From assembly GCA_051362555.1 (NCBI GenBank), contig CM120640.1, forward strand, positions 32,817,967 to 32,881,966: a DNA stretch of 64,000 bases, in the 5' to 3' direction. The position numbers were made by a program, and so were the translations under genes. Shown here in pieces: positions 24,301-35,667 of this stretch. The first letter of the stretch is position 1. The number at the start of each line of letters is the position of its first letter. This stretch comes from Lingula anatina (lineage: Eukaryota > Animalia > Brachiopoda). The notes under the pieces were generated by a model. The model did no database searches. It worked only from the letters and a program-made list of their open reading frames with translations, and was not told where the DNA came from.

Positions 24301-27300
24301 CTCACAGTTGTTTCCTTTCTTTCTGTTAACCTTTCACTTAAATTATGGGTTTCAGATATTTTATGGTTTTCAGATGTATTTTCTTGCAAAGGGATACTTT
24401 CAATTGATGGCACTTGAAAAGACTGCTGCTGATCATCTGAAGCCTTTTTGTCATCCTCACTTGTGTGTTCTTGTGACACTGTGGGTGGAAAAGAATGAAC
24501 ATTTGGCTGGGTTTCAGATGATTCAGAGTCACGTGCAGTTTTTTCTACTGTGTCATTTTGCTTGTCTAAATTGTAATAATGTTGGATCTGCAATCCATGG
24601 GTGTTTCTTTGGACCTCCTTCAATTCCTGAAAATTTTCAATAAATTTTACTTTATTCAGAATTAAATAAAAAGACCAACCTTAAATGTTTAAAGACAGCT
24701 AAAATCTTTTTACTTTAGATTTAAAGGTATCAAAGAGAGGTATCAACGATTTGAGCAATAGTTCAAAACAAATCATGCCATTTCAAGAGTGACCTGCCCC
24801 TCCACTTTCTTTTTTTTTTTGTAAAATTCTCCATAATAAACACAGTTGTCTAATTTACTAGTATGCTGTAATTAAGACATTCTGAAACCATCCTACCTCA
24901 ATTTGCTTTTCTTCATGCTTTTCACTGAGCACACTAATGAAGTGGTCCTCTTCTTTACCTGACATAACACATTTTGACTGCTGTCCCATCCCAGGGTGTT
25001 CTGCATTTTGATGGGATGCCAAAGCAACTCGGCAGTCAAATTTGACTGAACAAGCATTACAGGCATAGGGCTTTATATTCAAATGTAAGCAGATGTGCTC
25101 ACACATAGCCTCCTTGTCATAAAGAGTCAATGGGCATTTCTTACACATATAGTATGTGCGGAATGGGCCAGAGAATGGTCTTGTGTATTCTGAAGAAGTT
25201 GGCAAGCCACTATCGTGATTGGAGGTGGATTTACCTGCAACAGGACTTTCAGATGCATTTGATGCAGCAACACTGTTTGAGGCACTATTGCTCACAGACT
25301 TCTTATGCCCTGAGACATAGGAGATGTAGTGTCTTTCATATGCAGTAAGAGACTTTCGAACAGTTTCAGAGGCTGATAATGTATTTTTCTTCTTCCTTTT
25401 GTTTTTCCTGACTTTGGTTTGTTGATTTGGGAACATACTGGATGATTGTTTGTCTTTATCAGCAGACTTTGGGAACAAAGATGGTAATGAATCTTTCATA
25501 CTGCAAGTCCAGTTTCTCTGAATGTCCTTTTTCAGCTTGAGTTTTGGTACTGCCACAGGGCTTTGAATTAGCTTTGGAAAGAAGTTTACTAATTTAATGA
25601 AACATGGTTTACACTGAGCTAACAATGCCTGTGAGGACTCGTTCAGTTCTACTTGGCTACAACTTTTTTGCAAGTCTTTTGTATCATTTGAAGATCTCTC
25701 TACCTCAACAGTGGTAGGATTATTCTGACTGTTAATGGAATCTTCTAAAATCCCTCTCACCTCACCAACTTGAGCATAGTTCTGACAAACCGCTGTGTCT
25801 TTGAAAGGCCTACTCAGTTCATCAGGGTTAGTGTTTTTCTTAGAATCTGTCAAATCATTTGTAGACTTTTCCAGTTTAGAAATACTCACAATTTGCTCTT
25901 TAACTTTCTCTTTGGAACTGCCACTAATCTGTTCATCAAAATTCTGTTCCTCACTTGTAGGTTCAAGCATTCGTTTCTTAAAAGCTCCAAAGTTGGTTGA
26001 TTTAAGTTTTCTTTTCAGTCCTCCAAAAGTCGATGCAAGTTTCGGATTAGCCATTGTCTCCTTTGTAGGTACTAATGAAGACTTTTCTTCTGCTTGCCCA
26101 ATGATGTCCACAACTTTCACCCTGAGCTCCCTTTCTTTTATAGTTGCATCTAAATCTGATAGCTGAAGTTTTGAAGATGCTTCCATATACTGCCAGAATG
26201 GATTTGTACGAGAAGATAGAGAACTAGATCCAGTAACACTACTTACAGTACTGGGTGTTTTGCTATATTCCTTGTCAGAGTCTTGATGACTTGTATTAAC
26301 TGGAATCTCAGAAACAGGTTTGGAGGGAGACGGTTTTAAAGCAGGCTTTTGGGATTCTGCTGAATTGCTGGTCTTCTGGGTTTTAGTTTGGTAATCAGCA
26401 GGAACAATGTTGTCTGTGGTAACAGCAGTATCTGTTGATTGTTTCTTTTCTAACACCTTACTGTTTTCACTTTGGACTTCATCCTTTTCGTGAAGTGTGC
26501 ATTTTTTAGGTTGCCCTTCCTTTGTCAATGGAACCACTTTCTTCAATGTACATTTCCTGGAACTTTTTTCTGGGCTCTCAGACACCTGAAAGAAATCAAA
26601 ATATTGGTTTAACTAAAACCCATATTTTGTCAACTTTAAATCACACTTCTTACAGAAAAAAATGCCAAAACTGAACAAAAATAAAATTTATTCTCATGGA
26701 AAAAAACTGCATCCAAACATGATCTTAAATAATGCCAAACCTGTGGAAAGACAAAATTTAAACATTAATCTGAGCCACATATTTTAGCAATGCTGTGAGA
26801 AACAAGTAAAGGCTTTCCAGAGAGCAACCTCATACTTGACAGTGATTAATTCCCATGTGACCATGATAAAAGGAACATGACCCATTATGCCTTACATGTT
26901 ATATTTTGCTGAACATTTTTTTCCGGCCAACTTTGTTAAGCTGGTTTTGTTAACACATTTCTATTCCTAAACGAGGCAGTTGTCTCTAATAGAAAACGTA
27001 CAAGATTCCGTGTAAGGTTTTGCCAATTTTTAGCAATAAGGGCTACAGTCAATGCACCAGAATGACTTAGAAAGCATTAATGAAGTAACAAACATTGTGA
27101 ATAAGTATGATTAAGCAAAAATGTTATTACACAGAACTTGTCAGAAAACTACCACAAAAATATCCATAAATTCGGTCAGCTTTTGTTCACTGCAGTCTGC
27201 TAGTCTGCCATTATTTTTGTTCCCACTCTCATCAAAATTCAGCAAAATTTTGTTTAATTTTAAGTTGGGAGACTGCAGGAAAACAGTCTGACTGGTACAA

Positions 27301-29035
27301 ATATATCAACTCATGAGCTAAACATCTGCACAAAGCAAATGTATATAAAAAGCTGCAAGTCAACTAGCCAATAACTAAATATAATCCATCAAACCATGAC
27401 TTAATGACAATGCTTCTTTGTTCACTCAAACTCTGTCTATTCAAACAAACCAGGATAAAAAATAGGATATAAAACCCTTAAGGAAGATGACAGTGTAACT
27501 TTTTGTAATATGATCCAAGCATTATAAAACACACTGCTTACATTTGGATAATTCCCAGACATTTTCCAGTGGTTCTACTTGTAAGTTGTCACCTATAACT
27601 GGAACAGTGTTCCTCCCACCTGGTTTAACTATCTACCTGTAGCCTCAATCAATGAGAACAATCCACTCTAATGTGATATCCAGTTAACTGGGGACACGAC
27701 TGAACCACCTGACTCTCTAAATTAAACACAGTTAGCTACTATCTTATCAGAAGAAATTTAAAATCTACTCTGGTTTCAGACCCTGTTCATATGCTTAATG
27801 ACCTACATGTGCAGCTTCTTTGAATGATATGTACTGCATTAACATTGCAAAATTGCCACATCAAAATCAGTTACAAGACTAAAAACTGAATAACCTGCAA
27901 ACCAGTGGAGTCATCAATTGCTGTAAAAAGTGAAGTGGCATCTTCCAAATAGGCTTATATTTCCATATTCAAAGACACAAAGTATATTAAATATAAATAT
28001 CCCACTTAATTAAATAACCATGACTATATGCCATTCGTGAGATGTTACCATGTCAATCATTGACACTGCTCTAAGTTAATGAGTAATTCTGATCTAGACT
28101 TCTATAGGGTTACAGTATGATTTAATATACGGCACCATTTTACAAACCACTAACGGAACACTGCTCAAGTACCACAGCGGATATGATCAGGCAACTTGGT
28201 TCCACAGCCTTAGGCTATAATTCAATAAAATGCGACTTCTTATGAAGAATATATAATTTATCCAAGCAAGGTTGTAAGCAGCATTACTGTCCACTTTAAT
28301 GGCACATTTTTGTTGGGTCAATCCAGCTGCAAGAAAAAACTGACCCAATAGGTTCTACTGACACATCTGGCCAGAATCTTGAAAACTGTAAAATGCACTG
28401 TAGAGTACTTGCCTTCTTTGTCCACCTCAGCAGAAGCTTGCTCTGAATCACTGGATTAGTAGCTCTAACATTATCTGACGCCTCATGTTTCTGACTGGTA
28501 TATTCTTTTTCACACATCTCATAACAAACTGTGAATGCAACTCATATAGTAGGTCAGTTAGTTAAAGCCTTTACACCCACTAGGGCCATATAATGAGACA
28601 GTGACCCACTTGCAAATGTAATCATCACAAGTAGTTGTACATATTAACATCATTTGCTACCCCACCATAAATCAAACTATCTGTATCAATTAAAGGTATA
28701 TAAAACAAGGACACATCAATAAAAAGCTCAAGAGATCAATAACACACCTTTTCTACAACTAGGTTGCACAGAAAAGCAATCCAATAATTAAAACATTTAA
28801 TATAAATTATATTCAAGGGATACACATTACTCATTTAGTCTAAAGATAACTGTTTCAACCACTCTTTAAAACAATACAGTATAATTCAACTTATATGCCA
28901 TCCAAGCCACCAGGATCTGACAATCTACTGACCAAACCAAACTTCAAAAAAGATTACTCAAATTAACACACTGAGGTTAAACAGGCTTCCTATTAAAAAT
29001 AAGAACAAAAACATGGGATTTTCAAAAGTTTATTA

Positions 29036-29088
<53 letters not shown>

Positions 29089-32000
29089 TATGTACATTTG
29101 ACCTAATCATTTATAAATGAATTGGAGTACATTTTACTGCTGAAAAATTCCACTGGCCCAGTAGGGCCAGTAACTGACCGATTTTCAGAAATTTCACTGG
29201 CCCAGTCCAATTTTAACTGCCACTGGCATTCGGGCCAGCGGTTAATGTCGCAGACTGATGCTACTGATAAAAAACTAAAAAGAAGCATAATGTGTTTTTT
29301 TTTGTGTGTGTGTTTGTGTGTGCATGTGTTCATAACTGTGTTCATTTTTGTACATATATACATAATTTATAAATCAGTTCTTTATTTTAGCTTGATGCTT
29401 TGGGATGCTTTGTCTACTTCCACTGACACTGTGGACAAAAATCAATCCAACGCTCTCTGTATCAGACCTTATAAACAGATTAGTCGTTTACTAACACTGC
29501 CCGCAGATCTTTTAGCACTAATGCCCAGAGAGGATAAATGTTAGTGCTAGGTATCGCTTTGCTGGTGCTAAATAATTTTAGGTGTTGGTTAATTTAAGAA
29601 TTTTGTGGTTAATATGGGCATTAGCGGTACAAGATCTGCAGGTAGTGTAAGTAACACCTAATCCGTCTATAAGGCCTGTGTATGGTTGGTTGAATCTTAT
29701 CTTGCCTATATAATTTCATCTTAGTTCAAAGGTTGACTGCACCTGTTACTGCTAGCATTTACATATCTTAAAGGTCAAAGATAACATTACTCTGTAACAA
29801 GTGCATTTTTTTAAATTAAATGACACGTAAAATAAGAAAATATTTAATCATGAAACTTATAATGATGCATTTGTAGTCACATTTTGCCATAAATTTTGCA
29901 TCTTTGATGTTGTAAATAATATAAATCTTGTTTATTCCAAGTGTGTGATGTAGTGAAAGTGGTGTTTTTGTATATCATTTCCCACTAAGACTGCTTTGTA
30001 TGCCCGCTTAAAATCTGAAGTATATATGATCCAAATGCGTGGTGGACCTAACAAATTTCCTCCACATAACAAGAAGTCCTTTGGTTACCATGGTCTTGAC
30101 ATGTCTCATGGTTACATCACATATCTCTTCAAGGTTTTTCCCCAGGATTGGATGGGTACAGGCTGTCTAACATTATCACCTATAACTTCCTACAAAATTC
30201 CAGGAAAGCAAAGCGATCATTTAAAAAAAAAAAAAAAATTCATAAGTCATCCAGCTATCTTTGAATACTGGCCATCAGGTGATGCCAGCAGCAGTCCAGA
30301 TGACGGTTGGATGATTTGCTAGGAAAAGCCTTGTATCCCTTATATCATTAAACAATTCCTATTTCGACTTGTGTCATACCGACCGGATGGCCTTGTGGTT
30401 AGAGTGTCCGCCTCCGGAGCGGGAGGACGTGGGTTCAAATCCCGTCCGGGGACATACCAGTCCTTTATAAACGGTACCTGCTGTCTCCCCGCTTGGCACT
30501 CAGCACTAAGGGGTTGAAGCAGGGGCCTGGTCAGGCAGTGCAGAAATGTTATATTAGCTATGAGCGCCTAATACGGCAGCCGAGCTGTATGCTCCCCAGG
30601 GAGGTGAGACCGTCTAAGGAGTGCACCAGTGCAAAAATGACCAGGCTTCCTTGACTTAAATATTCATATATATATATGTAATTGTATAACTTCAACCTTC
30701 GGGTTGCCATTCTCCAATAAATATTATTATTATTATTATTAATTCAAATCATAATTACCGCTGCGCACAGGAAGTAGTTGCAGATCGCAGATGTCCTAGT
30801 TACATCCTTACTGGAGTGTGGTTTAGAACTATGTCCTATGAGTATGACCATACTTCCCTGTCAGCATAAGTGAGTGACTCAGTTGCTAAATTCAGAGTTC
30901 ACCAAAAAAATATTTTTCAATTTGCTTTATCATACCTTATTGAAGACCCACTATATTAAACACCCAAGTTGAGCCCAGTATAAAATTGTGTAGATAATAA
31001 TCACTTTATCAGTATGACAAATTGTGACCTAATCAAATTAGGTCATGATTGTCCATAGTAAATCAGATCATGAAGGTTAAATACCTTAATTTGTCAAACA
31101 TTTGTACCTTAAAGCGGCATACAAACTGAGGGAGGGTGCTATCATAGTTGTTGAGATGATATAAGAGTGGCGTCTAAAATTATCTTAAATAATCATCACC
31201 ATTAGATGTATATATTATTCATCAAAGCACGATTTTAACTTTGTTTTGTGTCCGTTCTTTGCGTTCAGTTCTGCTGTCTTCGAAAACGATTTGCATGCGC
31301 ACAATTCATTCACTGTGCGCGTACCTTTTACTACAAATACTATTAGGGCTTCCTAACCAGCATGGCCATTGCATCATTTGACGTTGTCTAAGTACAAGGT
31401 TTCTGAAGGTCAAATGTCTTATTTACGTCTATTGACATATCATTGCCCTCTCTATTATAACCCTACTTTTATTCGTGCAAGTTTTGTGTTGTACTTCCTT
31501 CTGCTTTTTATCCCTCTTACGTGCTAAAAAGTTTTTTCTTTGCATTGTCCACCGCATTGACTTGTTAAATTAGGACAGTCGCATGGTACACCTGCTTACC
31601 CGACCTTCACCGACGGAAAGTAGGTTAAGCAGTTTTCCCACACTTCTTCCCACCCCCTCATTCATATGCTAGTATCTGAGTCACGTGACATGCAAGGTAT
31701 GTTACAATCGTGGGATGTAAGTGCAATTTTTAGTTCTTTATTTCTATGTACTTGGCGCGTGTTAGACGTTAAATTTGAAATGGATCTTGTTTAATTGAAG
31801 TGTTAGATGCTGTGGAAGTGACGTTTTTGTGAATAATTTCCAGCATACAAATCGCTTTGTATGCTGCTTTAAGTTTCTGTAATAATGTCTATTCAGAACA
31901 ATTCATTATCATCATCACCATCATTATCATTAATCAATTAATTAACTTTTCATGAAAAAGTTCATTTTTCTGAGTATTTTCAAACATGACATCCTTACTG

Positions 32001-35000
32001 GTGATGAAAAAACAGTCTTATATTGTTCACTCACTTTAACAGGCACCCAAACTTCAGTTTCTCTATGCCCACTCCTGAGCCATCTTTGTTTGGCTCTATG
32101 TCCACTTCTGGTGGTCACTTTGGCAGGAGGTGTAGCAGCAGCAGTCTGAAAAAGTAAAAGATAATTGCCAAATCATTTTTTTAACATTATACAGTATTTT
32201 CCTGTTAAGTAACTGTTATATTGCATAATTACCAAATGATATGTAGTTTTAAACACTGTAGAGAATTTTACAACTTTCGTGATTCCCAATTTATAGATAT
32301 AAGCATTTACTCAATCCACAGAAAATAATGCTTTGTGCCTTAGGTCTACTGCATTGATTTCTCACTGACTGCAAACAGATGTGAAAAGTACTTATGTCTT
32401 CCCTGCACAAATGAAAAATGCGGAAAGGAGTAGAAAGGAAACACTATCATATCAAAATCTACTTCTACTACACACAAATTGAAGCATTTTGTTTGTTGAG
32501 ATTGATCTACTACAACATTGTCAAAACCATGATATATAAAATGTGTTCCAGTTTTGCCATGCCTTAATGCTTCATCATTTATAAAATAAATTAAATTCAT
32601 TTCAAATCTAAACATGCATCCAAAATATGTATAAGAGCATGTGATCAGCACAGTAGTGTCTTGTTCATCTGCTTATTACTGCATACCTATTCCCTAAAGT
32701 TTTATGCCCTGTTAGCCAAAATCAGGCTACAAAAATAACTTAAACTGGTTGCTAACATACCAGCATAAAATGTTCATGACTTTTTTTGTCTTCAGAAAAA
32801 GGATGGTTATTTTGCTGATGATGTCATAGGAGTGTTTTGAGGGTGAAAGTGCCATTTTCGGTTTTTTGATGTTCTACCTTAGCTCAGATGAGAAAAATTT
32901 CTAAGGTAAATGAAAATTGTGAATGAGCATTATAGGGCAGTATAACTGATTTTTTTTTACAATGCACTCTGTTAAGATTTTATCAATAATAACTATATAA
33001 ATTACACCAACTGCAACTGATTTTTTACAATGCACTCTGTTAAGATTTCATTACCAATACCTAGATAAATTATACCTAATACCTAAATAATGGTTATTTA
33101 AAAATTGTTTAAATGATGTTATCAAAAATCAGTAGCACAAAATGGTCTTCACACCTTTGCCAATTACTACATCAATTTTGGAGATTTTATCTGCCGTGGT
33201 TGCAGAGTTATCTACCGCTACCTACGGCTACACCCAATTTGGATTATTGTGGTGTGGTCAAAAAATTCTCCAAGGTACTTCAAGAGGTCAAAATGGCAGC
33301 TTCGTACAATGACAGCCCTGCCTTCTACCAAAATAGCACAGTCCTTCAGGATATGCCTGATATAATGGATCAATACATAAATAAGAAATTACATTAGCTT
33401 ACATAATGATGGAAGGGTATATAAACTTAAGGGGAGGGGAGATACCTAGGATTTATCAAACCACCATCACTAGGCACAAACTACAAAGTAACATGATCCT
33501 TCACACTTAAGATACATTTTTACTAGCAGACTTGTTTTACAATCCTGGAAAATAAATATTTTGGGCTTAAAAATAATAAAAATTAGCTTACAAAAATGAC
33601 TACATGTCCCCATAAGCACCAGTCAATACAATTTTTACAGCATCATCTTGCTAATGAAAGAAGCTACAAAATATTCTCTAATATTCTTTTTTAAAAGTAT
33701 TGTTTAGATATTATCAGAAAAGTGTGAAATTCAGGAAATAGGTACAAGAAAAGAAAGAAAAAAAGCCTTAAAATCACACAGACCAGCAAACTTAGGAGGA
33801 TTTATCAGACTGTCCTATTCAAAATCTAGTCCAAAGGTAGAGTTCAAAGATGAAATCTATAGATAATGAAAAATCAACAACTACCTCTAGATAAAATTTC
33901 TAAGTCAAACAGAAAAGTCATGTAGCAGTATATATAAAGATATAGTGTGAAGGTATTTAACAGATGACCCAAGTCTACAAGATGAAAACTGTGGTATATG
34001 TGTATATGAGTGAGAAGCAAACCGTTTCAAGAATCAAGGGTCTGTCTCTCTCTTAGTTCTTAAAAATTTATTTTTTAATAATAGAGACATTTTGAATAAA
34101 GCAAGGTGAAACATGTACTCATTACTTCAGCATAACCAGGCATCTGATAATGTCCCCTCTTCTGTTCTAGCCTTCTATGTCAAGAAAACGGTTCCTACTT
34201 AAAGGGATTATAACTCTTCGTATGAGATCTATATTTCACAATAAAAACATAGAAATATAATATATTCTGTTTTACCATAAAAAACGGCAGTAATAGCTAT
34301 TACTCTGATATCTGAGCCTGTCATTTGACCCCGTGACCTCCATAGATGGCTATACACTGTAATAATCTCTTAAGAAATTATTATAAAAAAAAAAAAAACA
34401 AAACAAAACAGGGACTAACTTTGAATGTAGAAATGGATTCATTAACCATTTGTAAATATAGCAAAATTGTTGTTTACTCCAGGGAAATTCATTTTTTGGC
34501 CAAAAGGAACAGTTATTATCTCTTTAAGCAAAGGAAAAATTCTCTCTTGGATCCCACAAAATTGTTTAATGTGACTTTTAATACCCCTATGGACATTTCC
34601 ACACAATCATGTTCATCTTTTCTTACTTAAATAAAAATATATATACTGCTTCAAGGCTCTCAAATCAAACTTACGCATTTTGCATGAGGTTGACATTTAT
34701 TTTAAAATCGCTGTGTCAGCAGTTTTCTTTGATGTCATTACTTGGCACAAGTGAACAAGTACTTGTTCACGTATAGTAGCACATCCCACTTACCACTTCA
34801 ACCATTGCCACCATGATGTAAAGCTTAGTAGCACTTACAGTTTACTAGAAGTCAACATATGCCCAGGAATTCCATCTACCAAATTTTGTTCATACTATTT
34901 TCCCTTTTTATTTTATTTTTTGAAACAGGACCTGTGTCCAAATAAAATGAAATGATTATGAAGTGTTTGATACACTATTATGTGCTTCAGTTTCTTAAAC

Positions 35001-35197
35001 GATTACGTGAGAAATAATTTAAAACTGGACTTAAATCTTAGGCTAAATTAGTAAATAAATATCAAATTTGGTTACAAGACGGACCAAAACTATACTAACA
35101 CAGAGTGCCCAGCTAATGTGCCAGAGTTTTAAAAATGTAAAAAATCAATGTCTCAACATGTCTAGGCTATGAAACAACTACTCACCTTCAGCTTCAT
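21393..35197 (-). CDS. Large C2H2 zinc-finger protein with long disordered S/T/Q/P/M-rich regions (~1681 aa)
   Basis: Phase-0 exons 35197-35186 (MKLK), 32145-32035, 26585-24897, 24626-21393. Two C2H2 fingers mid-protein (CKKC..HICLH-LNIKPYA-CNAC..HQNAEH) and two near the C-terminus (CGFC..HH, CPIC..HYEMFH). The two large exons are solid. The 5' exons are inferred from splice sites and phase. Confidence 0.8.
29037..29086. repeat. Poly(A) tract
   Basis: About 50 consecutive A. Confidence 0.9.
29140..29257. mobile_element. Fragment (one end) of a non-autonomous DNA element
   Basis: Repeated CACTGGC/GGCCAG subterminal motifs ending GGTTAATGTCGCAGACTG, a CAG-type terminus on the minus strand. 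Confidence 0.35.
29463..29678. mobile_element. MITE with ~65-bp imperfect TIRs and 5-bp TSD TGTAT
   Basis: The left arm cagaccttataaacagattag...cagatcttttagcactaatgccca matches the reverse complement of the right arm tgggcattagcggtacaagatctg...ctaatccgtctataaggcctg. TGTAT at 29458-29462 and 29679-29683. Confidence 0.8.
30378..30740 (+). mobile_element. tRNA-derived SINE (probably with a conserved Meta/Nin-type central domain)
   Basis: A box TGGCCTTGTGG, anticodon-like hairpin tccgc-ctccgga-gcggg, B box GGTTCAAATCC. Body contains ggtacctgctgtctccccgcttggcactcagcactaaggg and ggcagccgagctgtatgctccccagggag. Ends in AATAAA and a (TTA)n tail. Confidence 0.8.
31240..31860 (-). promoter_or_regulatory. 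CpG-enriched intronic segment, putative internal promoter of the zinc-finger gene
   Basis: Local CpG excess, palindromic E-box GTCACGTGAC at 31680-31689, NRF1-like TGCATGCGCA at 31292-31301, minus-strand donor CGG|GTAAGC at 31600/31599. Confidence 0.45.
32943..33080. repeat. ~70-bp tandem duplication
   Basis: aactgattttt..tacaatgcactctgttaagattt..a(t/c)caata..ta(t/g)ataaatta(c/t)acc occurs twice in tandem. Confidence 0.75.
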
Positions 35198-35667
35198 TTC
35201 ACAAGGACAAAATATTCTCCCTCCAGTTTCCCGTTGTTATTGCTGTTGGTGATGGTCAATCCGCCATTTCTCTCCGCATTCCACACACTGGCCTCGTTTT
35301 TATTGAGCGTGTGGGCCAACTTCACATCGAAAATGAGGTTTTTGTTAACATGGCTCTAGCATTAAAAAGTGCCTGTCGAAATTATTGCGCCTAGACTCTT
35401 TGAAATCACCGCATTCTTTTAACAAAAAGTTTTTGTCGTTGTTATAGGAGCAAAGCCATACATGTTTACTTGTTTTTTTGAGGAGACAAAAAGGTCATGT
35501 GACTTATACACAGCCAATCAAAATCTCAGGTTTTGTCCAACCTGAGGCTGCGGTTGTAAATGGGTCAACATTTAAATGCCTTGTCTGTGCTCACTTTATG
35601 TTTTCCTATTCCCAACGAAGGTTCCCTGTTCTTTTTGTAGGCATATATGAGATAATACTTTCTTAGG
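35198..35667. promoter_or_regulatory. Bidirectional promoter for the zinc-finger gene and SETD8
   Basis: 470 bp between divergent ATGs. YY1-type CCGCCATTT at 35261, CHR-like TTTGAA at 35399, E-box GTCATGTGAC at 35494-35503, NF-Y AGCCAATCA at 35512-35520. Confidence 0.65.

Noticed and set aside
21609-26166. Many plus-strand ORFs of 60-123 aa
   Set aside because: Antisense shadows of the large zinc-finger exons.
30381-30452. Possible tRNA-Arg gene
   Set aside because: Poor acceptor stem, no oligo-T terminator, and it continues into a SINE body and tail.
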